Assembly (NCBI GenBank): GCA_965223325.1
Contig: CBDCWI010000002.1
Location: 785,457 to 849,456, forward strand
Direction: 5' to 3'
Source: Candidatus Multivoradales bacterium
GTDB lineage: Bacteria; Acidobacteriota; Thermoanaerobaculia; Multivoradales; Multivoraceae
Length of the DNA stretch: 64,000 nucleotides
Shown: piece by piece, positions 19,452-29,289 of the stretch
Position numbering within the stretch: position 1 is the first letter of the stretch
How the letters are laid out: the number at the start of each line of letters is the position of its first letter
The notes under the pieces: generated by a model
What the model was told of the DNA's origin: nothing
What the model saw: only the letters and a program-made list of their open reading frames with translations
The model's database searches: none
Program-made: the position numbers and the translations under genes

Positions 19452-19698
19452 CCTTGGCCTCGGACGAACCGAAAAAGCCGGTCAGGCGACGCCAGTAGAG
19501 CTTCATCAACATCACCGCGCCCGCGACCCCACCAACGATCATCTGCAAGAGGATGCTGCCGGTGGCCGGATCGAGATAAAGCGCCTGGGCCGTAGCGGGC
19601 GCTCCTAGCGAGAAGACCAGGAGGGCCAACAGGATCCAAGAGCGGCGGGCTGACGATGACCTGATGGACGTCGTCGGGGAGAAGAGGCGTTGCTTCAT
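19432..19698 (-). CDS. Small membrane protein (88 aa, signal/TM plus second TM), translationally overlapping the downstream methyltransferase gene.
   Basis: Hydrophobic segments WILLALLVFSLGAPATA and ILLQMIVGGVAGAVMLM. Its stop overlaps the MTase start (19432-19451). It could be spurious given the GC-rich background. Confidence 0.35.
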   Translation of the reverse strand: MKQRLFSPTTSIRSSSARRSWILLALLVFSLGAPATAQALYLDPATGSILLQMIVGGVAGAVMLMKLYWRRLTGFFGSSEAKDDESPG

Positions 19699-19868
19699 CG
19701 AATCATGCGCGCGGCAACGCCGCGCCTCCTGGCAGCTGACCGGGCGAGCGCCCCGGCAGGGAGTGAGAAGAGTCGACACAGACTATCAAGGGAACCGCCC
19801 ATCGAGGGACCCAGCGGCGGCCGGAGCGAGCACAACTGGCCCAGTCATGATCGATGTAGGCTGGCGAC

Positions 19869-21560
19869 ATGCCAAAAAGACTCCTCCGCTCACATCCAGT
19901 CTTCGACCAGGTCGCCACACTCGTCGCCCTCGCCCTCCTCTTCTCGTTCCTGCAGCTCGGCTGCCGCGAGAAGACCGAAGAGCCTCTACCGGTCCTGGTC
20001 GAGGTACCGCCACCGGAGGGCACGCCGCGCCTGGTCCTGTGGCTGGTGGTCGACCAGGTGCGAGGGGACTACTTCGACCGCTTCGGCCCGGTTCTCGAGG
20101 GCGGGCTGGCGCGACTGGCAGCAGAGGGTGCCCATTTCATCGACGCGCATCACTACCACTCTGCAACCGTCACCGGTGCCGGCCACGCGACGTTGTCGAC
20201 CGGCGCGCTACCGCGCAACCACGGCGTCGTGGGCAACGGTTGGTGGGACCGCAGCAGCAGGAAAGAGTGGTACACGGTCGAGGACGAGGAGTTCGGCCGC
20301 GCCCCCACCACGCTCGAAAGCTCGACCCTGGGTGACTTCTTGAAAGCAAAATACCCGAGCTCCAAGGTCTTCGGCATCGGCGGCAAGGACCGCTCGGCCA
20401 TCCTCTCGGGCGGCCGCGAGGCCGACGGTGCGTGGTGGTACGACAGCCGGACGGGTGGCTATCAGACCAGCGAGTACTACCCGGTCCAGAAACCGCAATG
20501 GCTCGAGGAGTTCCACGATCGCCACCTCGCCGATCAATGGTTCAGCAAGCCCTGGACGCCCCTCTTGTCGATCGAAGAGCTCGCGGATCGCGGCATCGGC
20601 GGGATCGAAGCCGTCGATCGCGGCCCCTTCACCACGACCTTTCCGCACGTCCTCGGTGGCCTCGACATGCAGCCCGAACGCAGCTACTACGCGGGGGTCT
20701 ACGGCTCACCGTTCATCGATGAGTTGACCATCGAGCTCGCCAAAGCGCTCATCGAAGGTGAGAATCTCGGCGGCGACGAATACCCCGACATCCTCGCCGT
20801 CACGCTTTCGGCAACCGACGCGGTGGGCCACCGCTACGGTCCCGACAGCCCCGAGTTGGTCGACTCCTTCATGCGCACCGACCGAGCAATCGGCGGATTG
20901 CTCGCTTATGTCGACCGGGTCGTGGGACTCGATCAGACCATCGTCATGATGAGCTCTGATCACGGCGTCGGGCGGATTCCAGAGCTGGTGGCCAAAGAAG
21001 GAGGCGACGGCAAGCGCGCCGGCACCGCCGAGATCACTTGCTTCCAGCAGGTCGGAAAACAGCTCGAGGAGCGCTTTGGGCCCGAGGACTGGTTCCCATT
21101 CGGCCTTTACCTGGATCGTGACCTGGTTGCCGAGAAGGGCCTCGACCTGGGCGAAGTCAGAGCGTTCGCCGCCGCTCTCCTCGAACGCTGTCCGCGCATC
21201 GACCGCGTGCTGCTCTCTTCGGAGCTGCAGCAGGAGTCCTCACCCGACCCGATCGTGCAGCTCTTCCAGAACAGCTACCACCGCGAGCGCAGCGCCGACC
21301 TTTCGATCGTCGCCGCACGCGACACGTTGTTTACTTCTTCGGTGGCTGCTAGTCACGGTTCACCGTGGGAGTACGACACCCACGTGCCGATCATCCTTCG
21401 TGCCCCTGGTATTCGATCGGGACGCATTGCCGATCGCGTCCACACCATCGATGTCGCGCCAACGGTCGCTTCGATGTTGGGCCTCGACGCTGCCATCAAG
21501 ATGGACGGCAAAGACCGCACGGAGCTCCTGGGCATCGCCCCAACGGTCGCCGAAGAGTGA
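19869..21560 (+). CDS. Alkaline-phosphatase-superfamily protein (type I phosphodiesterase / nucleotide pyrophosphatase-like), lipoprotein.
   Basis: Lipobox LQLGC. Metal-site motifs VVDQVRGDY and HHYHSATVTGAGHATLSTG. C-terminal SDHG...HG region. Confidence 0.75.
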   Translation: MPKRLLRSHPVFDQVATLVALALLFSFLQLGCREKTEEPLPVLVEVPPPEGTPRLVLWLVVDQVRGDYFDRFGPVLEGGLARLAAEGAHFIDAHHYHSATVTGAGHATLSTGALPRNHGVVGNGWWDRSSRKEWYTVEDEEFGRAPTTLESSTLGDFLKAKYPSSKVFGIGGKDRSAILSGGREADGAWWYDSRTGGYQTSEYYPVQKPQWLEEFHDRHLADQWFSKPWTPLLSIEELADRGIGGIEAVDRGPFTTTFPHVLGGLDMQPERSYYAGVYGSPFIDELTIELAKALIEGENLGGDEYPDILAVTLSATDAVGHRYGPDSPELVDSFMRTDRAIGGLLAYVDRVVGLDQTIVMMSSDHGVGRIPELVAKEGGDGKRAGTAEITCFQQVGKQLEERFGPEDWFPFGLYLDRDLVAEKGLDLGEVRAFAAALLERCPRIDRVLLSSELQQESSPDPIVQLFQNSYHRERSADLSIVAARDTLFTSSVAASHGSPWEYDTHVPIILRAPGIRSGRIADRVHTIDVAPTVASMLGLDAAIKMDGKDRTELLGIAPTVAEE

Positions 21561-21610
21561 GTCCGGCAAGGCTCTGGGCAAGGGCTCTGGGCCGTGGCGA
21601 GGGGTGACGC

Positions 21611-24454
21611 TCAGGGGTAATAGCCGGCCGGTGCCGTCACCCGCACACCGTCCCGCAGAACGCGCAGCGTGACCGGGCGGAAGCCCTCGTCCTCGCCGAC
21701 GGTGACCTGCCAGGTGACCAGGTAGCGCGAGCGTAGTTCGGCAATGATCTCACCGTAGACGCCATCAAGCTCGGCTACGTCTTTGACAAACCAGCTCCGG
21801 CCACCGGTCTCGCGCGCCAGCTGTTCGATCAAGGACGCCGCCTGGGGACTGCGTTTGAGCCCCTTCAGACCAATCGGAAAGATGGTCACTCCGGAGCGCC
21901 GCGCAAACTCGAGCGTCTCTTCCCAGGTGGTCTGGCTATCGACATCTTTACCGTCGGTGAGGAGCAAGAGCGCACGCTGGCCGCGCATGCCGCGGAACTG
22001 GTAGAGGGCGTAGAGCACCGCGTCGTAGAAGGCGGTGCCCTGCCCCGCCGACAGATAGCGCAGGCCCTTTCGCATCTCCTCGAGGTCGCTGGTGAAGTCG
22101 ACCCGCAGTTGCGGTCGCTCATGAAACGTCACCACCGACACCCGGTCCTTTGGGCGCACCGCGTCTTCGAAAAACTTGAGCGCCACGGTGCGCATCTCGT
22201 CGAGTCGATCCTGCATCGAGCCCGACGTGTCGAGCAGTACCGAAAGATGGAGCGGTAGGTCTTCTGTCTGCTCGAGGCGTAGCGGCTCGTGAGTCTCGGC
22301 GGCGTCCTGGATGGTGATCTCATGACGGCTCAGATCTCGGACCGGGCGGCCACCCGACTCGGCACGCAGCGCCATCTCGACGAGATGAATGCGCAAGCGC
22401 TCGGTCTCGCCGGGGACGTTGACCAGCACCGCATCTTCAGTGAGGTTGCCGTCATCGAGATAGGCCACCACGCGCAGCAGGGTGGCTTCGTTGCCGAGCG
22501 TCAGGCGGTGTTCGAAGGGCTCCTGGTAGAGCGTCGCCAGGAGAGAATCGTCGCGATAGATCTCGACCCGGTCGAGGGTTGGTTCGCCGTTCTCCGGGTC
22601 GTCTCCACTCGCACGGCTCTCGCCACCCCGCGTGGGACCCTCGGGCACCGCGACAAGTGCGCGCAGGTTGAGCGCCCCGCTCACCGTCATCCCTGACTCG
22701 GGTTCGATCACCCGCACCGAAAAGCGACGCTTACCCTGGTTGACTTCGAGTCGATCGCGCGCGATCTCAGCGCCACTCTGGTCGTAGGCCACCGCTTCGA
22801 CCACATGCGGTCGCGGCACCGCGCCAAGCGCCAGCTCGACGCTCCAGGGCGCCCGCGAGCGCCTTAGGGTCTCCGCTCCGTCGAGCTCGAAGCCGACCTT
22901 CGCCACTTGCCCCTCACCCTCGCCGCCGACCTCGGCAGTGAAGCGTTGGTAGCCGGTCAGCACTTCGGCGGTTGGACGCTCGAGGGTGATGCGAACGCCG
23001 CCGGCCACGAGGTCGGCGCGCGCCTTTTCGACATCTTTGATCTCGGCGCTGGTGATTTCCTCTTCGGCTTCACGCCGCGGCACGTCGAGGTCACGCTCGA
23101 CCCGCATCTGGCGCCCACTGGTCACGTCTTTGAGCCGCACCCGCAGGGAATACTGCCCGGGCCGCAAGTAGCGCCGGAAAACGAGGGGTAGCTGGAACTC
23201 GGCGGTGTCGCCAGGTATCTCGGTGGTCGGAATCTCGAAGCGATAGCGAAAATCCTCATGTTGGACCAGCTCGCCATCGCCAGCCGGGCTCTGGCGAAGC
23301 ACCTGGCCGTTGACTTCGAAGCGGTAGGCAATCTCGGGCTGTTCGACCTCGGACGCTTCCGCTATGGGAACCATGAAGGTGCCCTCGACGATCGTCTGGC
23401 TCAAACGCCGGCCAGGAAAGCTGAACTCGAGCTCGGCGGGCAGCGGCTCGCCTGTCCCTCTAAGGTCAGTCGACCGGCTCTCCCAGTCGTCGAGCCACTC
23501 CTTCTGGTTCTCACCTCGGCGCACATCCGGTGACGCGGCGGTCATCAGCTCGGTAGCGAATGGCTTGACCCGTTGCTGGGCTACTGCCTCCAGCAGGAGG
23601 TGCGCGAAGTCGACCTCGCCGCGACACGAGTTCATCATCATCTCGAAGAGACCAAAGAGGCGCTCGGGGGTGGGGCTCACGTCGTCGATGTCACTGAGGC
23701 CGAAAGCCGTTGCCTGCCCTGGCCGGCCCTGCGGCACTTCTCCCGGAAAGGTGCCCAGACCTGGACTGTCAGGCCCACCGGGTAACCCCGGGCGAGACGG
23801 TCCTCCGACAGGGGTGCCCCCCGGCCGGCCCTCCCGGCCGCCCTCGAGCCACCGACGCACCGCCTCGAGCCGCTCCAGGTCGCTGAGCGGCAGGATCTGA
23901 AGAGGGTTCTCAGCCAGCCATTGCGGATCATCGAGAGCTGTCCACAGGCGATAGCGGCCGGTGCGACCGGTATCGACGAAGACCGCAACCACCCGACCGA
24001 ATCGATCGGCATCCGGCCACACCCACACCTCGACTGGCCATAGAAGCGAAAAGCACGGGTCTTCCCTCTTGCTCGCTGGATCACCCTGGTTGAGATAGGC
24101 CACCGCCCGCGGCTCGAGGAGAATCGGGTCATCCCAACGCTCACGCGCTTCTTCCCAGCGCGCCAGCCAGAGCTCACGAAACTCGTTACGGCTGGTGCCC
24201 GGGCTGGGATCGAGTGACTTCCAGAAGGCCACGATGAACTCGTCGCGTTCGAAGTCCTCGTCAAGCTTGTTCCAGGCGCGTTTCGTCTTCTTGTCGAAGA
24301 GCGGGTCCGCGATTTCGAGAAACTCCTCGAAACGCGGCGCGAGCTTGCCAGCTTCCTGGGCCTGGAGAGGGGCGCTGGTTGTGGCCATGGACACCGCACA
24401 CCAGGCTGCAACGGTCGCGGCAAGTGTTGTTCCGATCAAGGAGCGTCGCGGCAT
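21611..24454 (-). CDS. Large secreted VWA-domain protein (947 aa) with an N-terminal GWxTD-like domain and a C-terminal von Willebrand factor A domain.
   Basis: Signal peptide (TTLAATVAAWCAVSMA). FW..LDP / RWDDP segment resembling the GWxTD family. C-terminal MIDAS motif DTSGSM plus VWA fold (GQGTAFYDAV). Start at the Met at 24454; the upstream extension is rejected. Confidence 0.65.
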   Translation of the reverse strand: MPRRSLIGTTLAATVAAWCAVSMATTSAPLQAQEAGKLAPRFEEFLEIADPLFDKKTKRAWNKLDEDFERDEFIVAFWKSLDPSPGTSRNEFRELWLARWEEARERWDDPILLEPRAVAYLNQGDPASKREDPCFSLLWPVEVWVWPDADRFGRVVAVFVDTGRTGRYRLWTALDDPQWLAENPLQILPLSDLERLEAVRRWLEGGREGRPGGTPVGGPSRPGLPGGPDSPGLGTFPGEVPQGRPGQATAFGLSDIDDVSPTPERLFGLFEMMMNSCRGEVDFAHLLLEAVAQQRVKPFATELMTAASPDVRRGENQKEWLDDWESRSTDLRGTGEPLPAELEFSFPGRRLSQTIVEGTFMVPIAEASEVEQPEIAYRFEVNGQVLRQSPAGDGELVQHEDFRYRFEIPTTEIPGDTAEFQLPLVFRRYLRPGQYSLRVRLKDVTSGRQMRVERDLDVPRREAEEEITSAEIKDVEKARADLVAGGVRITLERPTAEVLTGYQRFTAEVGGEGEGQVAKVGFELDGAETLRRSRAPWSVELALGAVPRPHVVEAVAYDQSGAEIARDRLEVNQGKRRFSVRVIEPESGMTVSGALNLRALVAVPEGPTRGGESRASGDDPENGEPTLDRVEIYRDDSLLATLYQEPFEHRLTLGNEATLLRVVAYLDDGNLTEDAVLVNVPGETERLRIHLVEMALRAESGGRPVRDLSRHEITIQDAAETHEPLRLEQTEDLPLHLSVLLDTSGSMQDRLDEMRTVALKFFEDAVRPKDRVSVVTFHERPQLRVDFTSDLEEMRKGLRYLSAGQGTAFYDAVLYALYQFRGMRGQRALLLLTDGKDVDSQTTWEETLEFARRSGVTIFPIGLKGLKRSPQAASLIEQLARETGGRSWFVKDVAELDGVYGEIIAELRSRYLVTWQVTVGEDEGFRPVTLRVLRDGVRVTAPAGYYP

Positions 24455-24663
24455 CTTGGGCCCTCTTTTCGTACCGTTTTCGCAAAGGCGAAAGGTTGAA
24501 ACTGAGCTGGTCGTCTTTCGAACTGGAGAGTCTGCGTCCTGGAACCACCGAATCCTGCCGGAGATTCCCATGCGGAGTCTCATTGCACGCTCGAAAGATG
24601 CTAGCCGGTCAATCCTTCCACCGACGGAAGACGAGCCGTAGCGTGGCGCGGCAGAACCACCTC

Positions 24664-25548
24664 TCAGAGCAACCGCAAACCGAGCTCGTGGGCGAGTGTC
24701 CTGCGTTGCGGCTGGAGCTCACGGATCTCGCGCAGGTTGGCCAGGAGTCCCTGGAGTACGACCCGCTCGCGTTCATCCTCTGCAAGGGCTCGCTCGAGAG
24801 CTCGAATCGTCTGGCCGACCTCGTCGGCGACCGGCTCTTCCATCTCCCTGGCAGCCTCCGCCATCTCGACGAGCGCCTGGTCGATCCTCCCTTCACGCGC
24901 CTTCTCCATCTTCTGCTCGATATCGCCGGTAGAGGGAAGGGCACCCGGCTCGAGGACGGGCAGGACACCCCCATTGGCAAGATGGCTCACCAATGCTTCG
25001 GCCAGGCCGACAACGAAGTCGGCCACCCGCTCGCCGTCGACCTCGATCCCTTCGAGCACAGCGTAGGTGTAGTACTCGTTGAGCGCGCCGTTGACCGACA
25101 CCGCCAGATCTGAGGTGAAGCGAGAGTCAAGCTCGGGAAACGCCTGTTCGAGAAAGGTCTCCTGCAGAAGCTGCCAGTCGACGCGCATCTTTTGAGCCAT
25201 GAGAGTGAGGCCCTCGTCGATCTCGACTCCGGCATCACGGACATAGATCTCGAAGAGTTGACGGTGGGCCCGCGCACCTTCGAACTGAAAGCGAAACTGC
25301 TCGCGCAGCTTGTCGCGCGGGGCCACGTCCTGCTGGTCGAGGATCGCGCGCGCCTCCTCGATCACCTCGCACGCCAGGTCGTCGAGTAGACCGATCATGA
25401 CGTCGGTCTTTGAGCGGAAGTGGAGGTAGACCGCTCCCTTCGAGATACCAGCCGCATCGGCGAGCTGCTGGATCGTCGTACCGACGAAGCCCTGGCTCAG
25501 AAAAAGGTCCTGAGCGGCCGCGAGGAGTTGCTGACGAGTTTCAGTCAC
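24664..25548 (-). CDS. TetR/AcrR family transcriptional regulator.
   Basis: N-terminal HTH (RQQLLAAAQDLFLSQGFVGTTIQQLADAAGISKGAVYLHFRSK). Divergent from the ABC exporter gene. Confidence 0.85.
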   Translation of the reverse strand: MTETRQQLLAAAQDLFLSQGFVGTTIQQLADAAGISKGAVYLHFRSKTDVMIGLLDDLACEVIEEARAILDQQDVAPRDKLREQFRFQFEGARAHRQLFEIYVRDAGVEIDEGLTLMAQKMRVDWQLLQETFLEQAFPELDSRFTSDLAVSVNGALNEYYTYAVLEGIEVDGERVADFVVGLAEALVSHLANGGVLPVLEPGALPSTGDIEQKMEKAREGRIDQALVEMAEAAREMEEPVADEVGQTIRALERALAEDERERVVLQGLLANLREIRELQPQRRTLAHELGLRLL

Positions 25549-25678
25549 CGGCTCATCATAAGTGAATGACCCCTAGGGTCACCGAAGATCCTGACCCATA
25601 GTGCAGATGATTGCGTGACCCATACTATTGACCACCTGGTCATTTCATGCAACAATCCCCGGTCACAGGAGAACGATC

Positions 25679-27451
25679 ATGCTCGAAGCCCTCGCCCCGC
25701 TCCGCCGGCTGCTGGCCCGGACACCGATGCCCTATCTATTGCTGGGCACCTGCACTCTCTTCGCCGTAGTCGAGACTGGAGTCGGCCTGTGGGTCCCGCT
25801 GCTGGTGCGTGAGCTCCTCGAAGCGGCCGCCTCGGGAACCGTCCCGAGGTCCCAGGTCCTCCTGATTGGCGGGGCGATCCTCGCCGAGGCCGCAGCGGGA
25901 GCCGTGACGCTCTATCTGCTGGCCAGGGCAGGCGAGAGAGTCACAGCGTTCCTCCGCAACCGACTGGTGCACCGCCTGCTTCGCCTACCGATGAAGTTTC
26001 ACGACGATCGTCAGTCAGGGGAGTTGGTCAGTCGGGCGATGAGCGACACCACTTCGGTCCAGAGCCTTCTCACCGACCACTCGATCGCGCTCGTCGCAGG
26101 CGTTCTGGCGATGACCGGCGCTACCGTGATCCTCTGGTTTCTCGACTGGCGCCTCACCCTCGTCCTCTTCTCAACCTCGCTCCTCGGGGTCCTGCTGGTC
26201 GTACCGATCGCAGTTCGACTGCACGCAGTCGGCGTCGCCACGCAGGACGAGCTCGGATCCTGGAGCGGCAGGCTTGCTGCCGTGCTCGGCGAAATGCGCC
26301 TCGTCAAGTCAACCTGCGCCGAAGCGCAAGAAGAAGAGCGGGCTGCCACCGCGATTGATCGTCTGCGCCAACTCGGTCTGCGCGAAGCACGCATTCTCGC
26401 CGTTCTCGGGCCTACTGTGACCCTCGGCATCAGCGGTGCACTGGTCGTGATTCTCGGCTACGGAGGCGCTCGCGTAGCGAGCGGCGAACTCACCGTCGGC
26501 ACCCTTGTTGCCTTCATCCTTTACCTTTTCCAGATCGTGATGCCGATGGTGCAGATGTCGACCTTCGTCGCTGCGCTGAGCAAGGCTGGAGGGGCCGCAG
26601 CGCATCTGAGCGCGCTCCTTGACGAGCCTCTCGAAGAGCCCGGGGGGGACCGCCCGCTGCCGAGAGGGGGCGCGCGCGCAATCCGCTTCGATGGGGTGAC
26701 TCACAGCTACGACGCCGAGCAGCCTGTCCTCCACGACTTCAACCTCGAGATTCCGGCCGGGAAAGTCACCGCGCTCGTTGGCCCCAGTGGAGGCGGCAAA
26801 ACCACCGTGCTGGCCCTCGTCGAGAGGTTCTATGAGCCCGAGGCTGGAACCATCCGCCTCGGCGACATCGCGATCGGCGACTTTGCGCTCGAAGAGTGGC
26901 GGCGCGCCATCGGCTACGTCGCACAGGAAGCACCGCTCCTTGCCGGCACCTTGCACGACAACCTGTGCATCGGGCTCGAGAGCGAGCCCAGTCAACGCCA
27001 CATCGAGGAGGCTCTCACTGCGGCGCGCGCTAGCCAATTCGTAGGCGAACTGGCCGACGGGCTCGCAACCGAAGTCGGCGAGCGCGGTGTCAAGCTCTCG
27101 GGCGGGCAGCGCCAACGTATCGCCATCGCGCGCGCGTTTCTCAGCGACCCGCAGCTCTTGATCCTCGACGAGGCAACCGCCAACCTCGACTCCGAGTCTG
27201 AGCTCGGCGTGCGTGAAGCGCTACGCGAGCTCATGCGGGGGCGCACCACAATCGTGGTCGCACATCGTCTTGCAACGGTGGTCGACGCCGATCAGATCGC
27301 GGTGGTGGAAGACGGAAGGGTCACAGCCACCGGTACCCATCGCACGCTCCTTGAACAGCACGAGACCTATCGCCAACTGGTCGAAGGTCAGAAACTCGGC
27401 TTCGCCCACCAGAGTCCGGTTCAGGGGGGCGGCCTGCAAGCCACGGTGTGA
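25679..27451 (+). CDS. ABC transporter, fused permease/ATP-binding protein (type I exporter, MsbA-like).
   Basis: RBS AGGAGA. Six-TM domain, Walker A GPSGGGKTT, signature LSGGQRQR, Walker B LILDEAT. Confidence 0.85.
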   Translation: MLEALAPLRRLLARTPMPYLLLGTCTLFAVVETGVGLWVPLLVRELLEAAASGTVPRSQVLLIGGAILAEAAAGAVTLYLLARAGERVTAFLRNRLVHRLLRLPMKFHDDRQSGELVSRAMSDTTSVQSLLTDHSIALVAGVLAMTGATVILWFLDWRLTLVLFSTSLLGVLLVVPIAVRLHAVGVATQDELGSWSGRLAAVLGEMRLVKSTCAEAQEEERAATAIDRLRQLGLREARILAVLGPTVTLGISGALVVILGYGGARVASGELTVGTLVAFILYLFQIVMPMVQMSTFVAALSKAGGAAAHLSALLDEPLEEPGGDRPLPRGGARAIRFDGVTHSYDAEQPVLHDFNLEIPAGKVTALVGPSGGGKTTVLALVERFYEPEAGTIRLGDIAIGDFALEEWRRAIGYVAQEAPLLAGTLHDNLCIGLESEPSQRHIEEALTAARASQFVGELADGLATEVGERGVKLSGGQRQRIAIARAFLSDPQLLILDEATANLDSESELGVREALRELMRGRTTIVVAHRLATVVDADQIAVVEDGRVTATGTHRTLLEQHETYRQLVEGQKLGFAHQSPVQGGGLQATV

Positions 27452-27519
27452 CCCTCTGGCCAACCACCACTCGGATCGGCACGCCGGCTTCCTCAAGAGC
27501 GTGCTAGCTTGCCTTTTCG

Positions 27520-29238
27520 ATGCCCTTTTGTCTCCTCTCCAGAAACCCTGGGCCGGTGCTCTCGCCACCGTTCGTGCCCTGGTTCGTGGTGGCGATCGCC
27601 GTCGCTCTCGCAATCGTCCTCGCTACCTGCACACCGGAACCCGACGGCCCGCCGAACGTGGTGATCGTCTCGATCGACACCCTGCGTCTGGACAGTCTGG
27701 GCTTTACCGGCGCGGGCGTCGCCGAGGGCTACGCGGCAGAGACCCCGAACATCGACCGGCTGGTCGAATCGGGAGTCTGGTTTGAACAAGCCATCGCTCC
27801 CATTCCGCGCACAACGCCCGCGCTGGCGTCGATGCTCACCGGCCTTTACCCCTGGCGTCACGGTAGTCGTGAGGTCGGCGACCCGGCGACCGCCGGCACT
27901 CTACTCAGTGAACGGTTGCGAGACGCCGGCTACACGACCCTGGCGGTGAGCGCCAATCAGTCGGCCGGCCCCAAACAGAACCTCGCCGTAGGGTTCGAAC
28001 ACTTCGTCGACGGAGTACAGCTCAAGGAGCGCTATGCCGGCCGTCTCTATCGCGATCGCGAGGACGTACCGAGCACCGGGGTCGGCTGGGCTGAGGCCAC
28101 CACCGATGAAGCGCTCGAGCTGGTAGCCGAAGCGCCAACCGACAGGCCACTCTTTCTGTGGACCTTCTATTTCGACCCGCACTTCTTCTACCGGCCACCC
28201 TCGCCCTTTCAAGACGGTGTCGAAGCCCAGGCCTGTTGGCAGATGACGGAGCGCCTGGTCCGCGGCGAGATCACCTGCGCCGAGATCATCGACGACGTCT
28301 ACGGCGAAGCCACCGAGGCCATGCCCGGTTGTCGGCGTCTCTACCAGGCAGAGGTCAACTACACCGACGCCCAGATCGGTCGCCTGTTGGATGGTCTCGA
28401 AAGAGTGGGGCGCCGGGACAACACGATCTTCGTCTTCACCGCCGACCACGGGGAGAACATCGGCGAAGCCGGCCTGTTCTACGAACACGGCGAGAACGTC
28501 CATGACGTCGCCATTCGCGTACCCCTGGTGTTCGCCGGGCCGGGGATTGCGCGTGGCCGCCGAGATTCCGCGAGCGCAGGCTTGATCGACGTCTTGCCCA
28601 CGGTGCTCGAACTGCTCGGTCTCGAACCCAAGGACGATCTCGACGGGGAGTCGCTCGCGAGTCGGCTGAGGGTTGGAGATGTCGCCACCCCGGGCTCTTC
28701 TGCCTCCCGGCCTATGTTCGCCGAAAGCGCCACCGGTTTCTGCCGCAACTCGTCTCGAATTCTGGGCAGCGGCCGCCTCGGCGGTCGCGCTTGCATTCAC
28801 GGCAAACGCTACAGCTACTGTCGCAACCCGTCGGCTCGTGGTGCCTCCTCCTCGTCCGACCGCATCCTTGTCGAGCTCTACGACCACCAGGAAGATCCCC
28901 TGCAGACCAACAACCTCGCCGGCCAGTTACCAGAAGTCGAAGCGCACATGCAGGAGGCCTTCGAGCGCTGGCCTCCCGAGAACGCCCGCCAACGGACGCT
29001 CCGCCAACCACCGTTCAAGCTCGTCCAGACTCCCCTTTTCGAGGGCGGCTACGCTACTCATCTCTTCGATCTGGGCGCCGACGGCGAAGAGCGAGACATC
29101 GGCGAACGGCAACCAGACCTGACCGAGAAGCTGATGACCGAACTCGAAGAGTTCGCGAGCCTCGCGGCTCCAGTGACCCGAACGGAGACCGACCCGGAGA
29201 CCACCCGCATGCTCGAGGCGTTGGGATACATCCAATAG
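27520..29238 (+). CDS. Sulfatase-like hydrolase/transferase (alkaline phosphatase superfamily) lacking the formylglycine Cys/Ser motif; secreted or membrane-anchored.
   Basis: NVVIVSIDTLRLDSLG metal-binding segment; C-terminal FVFTADHGE. The position of the CxPxR motif reads PIPRTTPALASMLTG (no Cys). C-terminal tail LEALGYIQ. Confidence 0.7.
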   Translation: MPFCLLSRNPGPVLSPPFVPWFVVAIAVALAIVLATCTPEPDGPPNVVIVSIDTLRLDSLGFTGAGVAEGYAAETPNIDRLVESGVWFEQAIAPIPRTTPALASMLTGLYPWRHGSREVGDPATAGTLLSERLRDAGYTTLAVSANQSAGPKQNLAVGFEHFVDGVQLKERYAGRLYRDREDVPSTGVGWAEATTDEALELVAEAPTDRPLFLWTFYFDPHFFYRPPSPFQDGVEAQACWQMTERLVRGEITCAEIIDDVYGEATEAMPGCRRLYQAEVNYTDAQIGRLLDGLERVGRRDNTIFVFTADHGENIGEAGLFYEHGENVHDVAIRVPLVFAGPGIARGRRDSASAGLIDVLPTVLELLGLEPKDDLDGESLASRLRVGDVATPGSSASRPMFAESATGFCRNSSRILGSGRLGGRACIHGKRYSYCRNPSARGASSSSDRILVELYDHQEDPLQTNNLAGQLPEVEAHMQEAFERWPPENARQRTLRQPPFKLVQTPLFEGGYATHLFDLGADGEERDIGERQPDLTEKLMTELEEFASLAAPVTRTETDPETTRMLEALGYIQ

Positions 29239-29289
29239 GCCCGCACCAGAACCACGCGCCACCAAGAAGGCGTCGCGGCGCTCAGCCCG

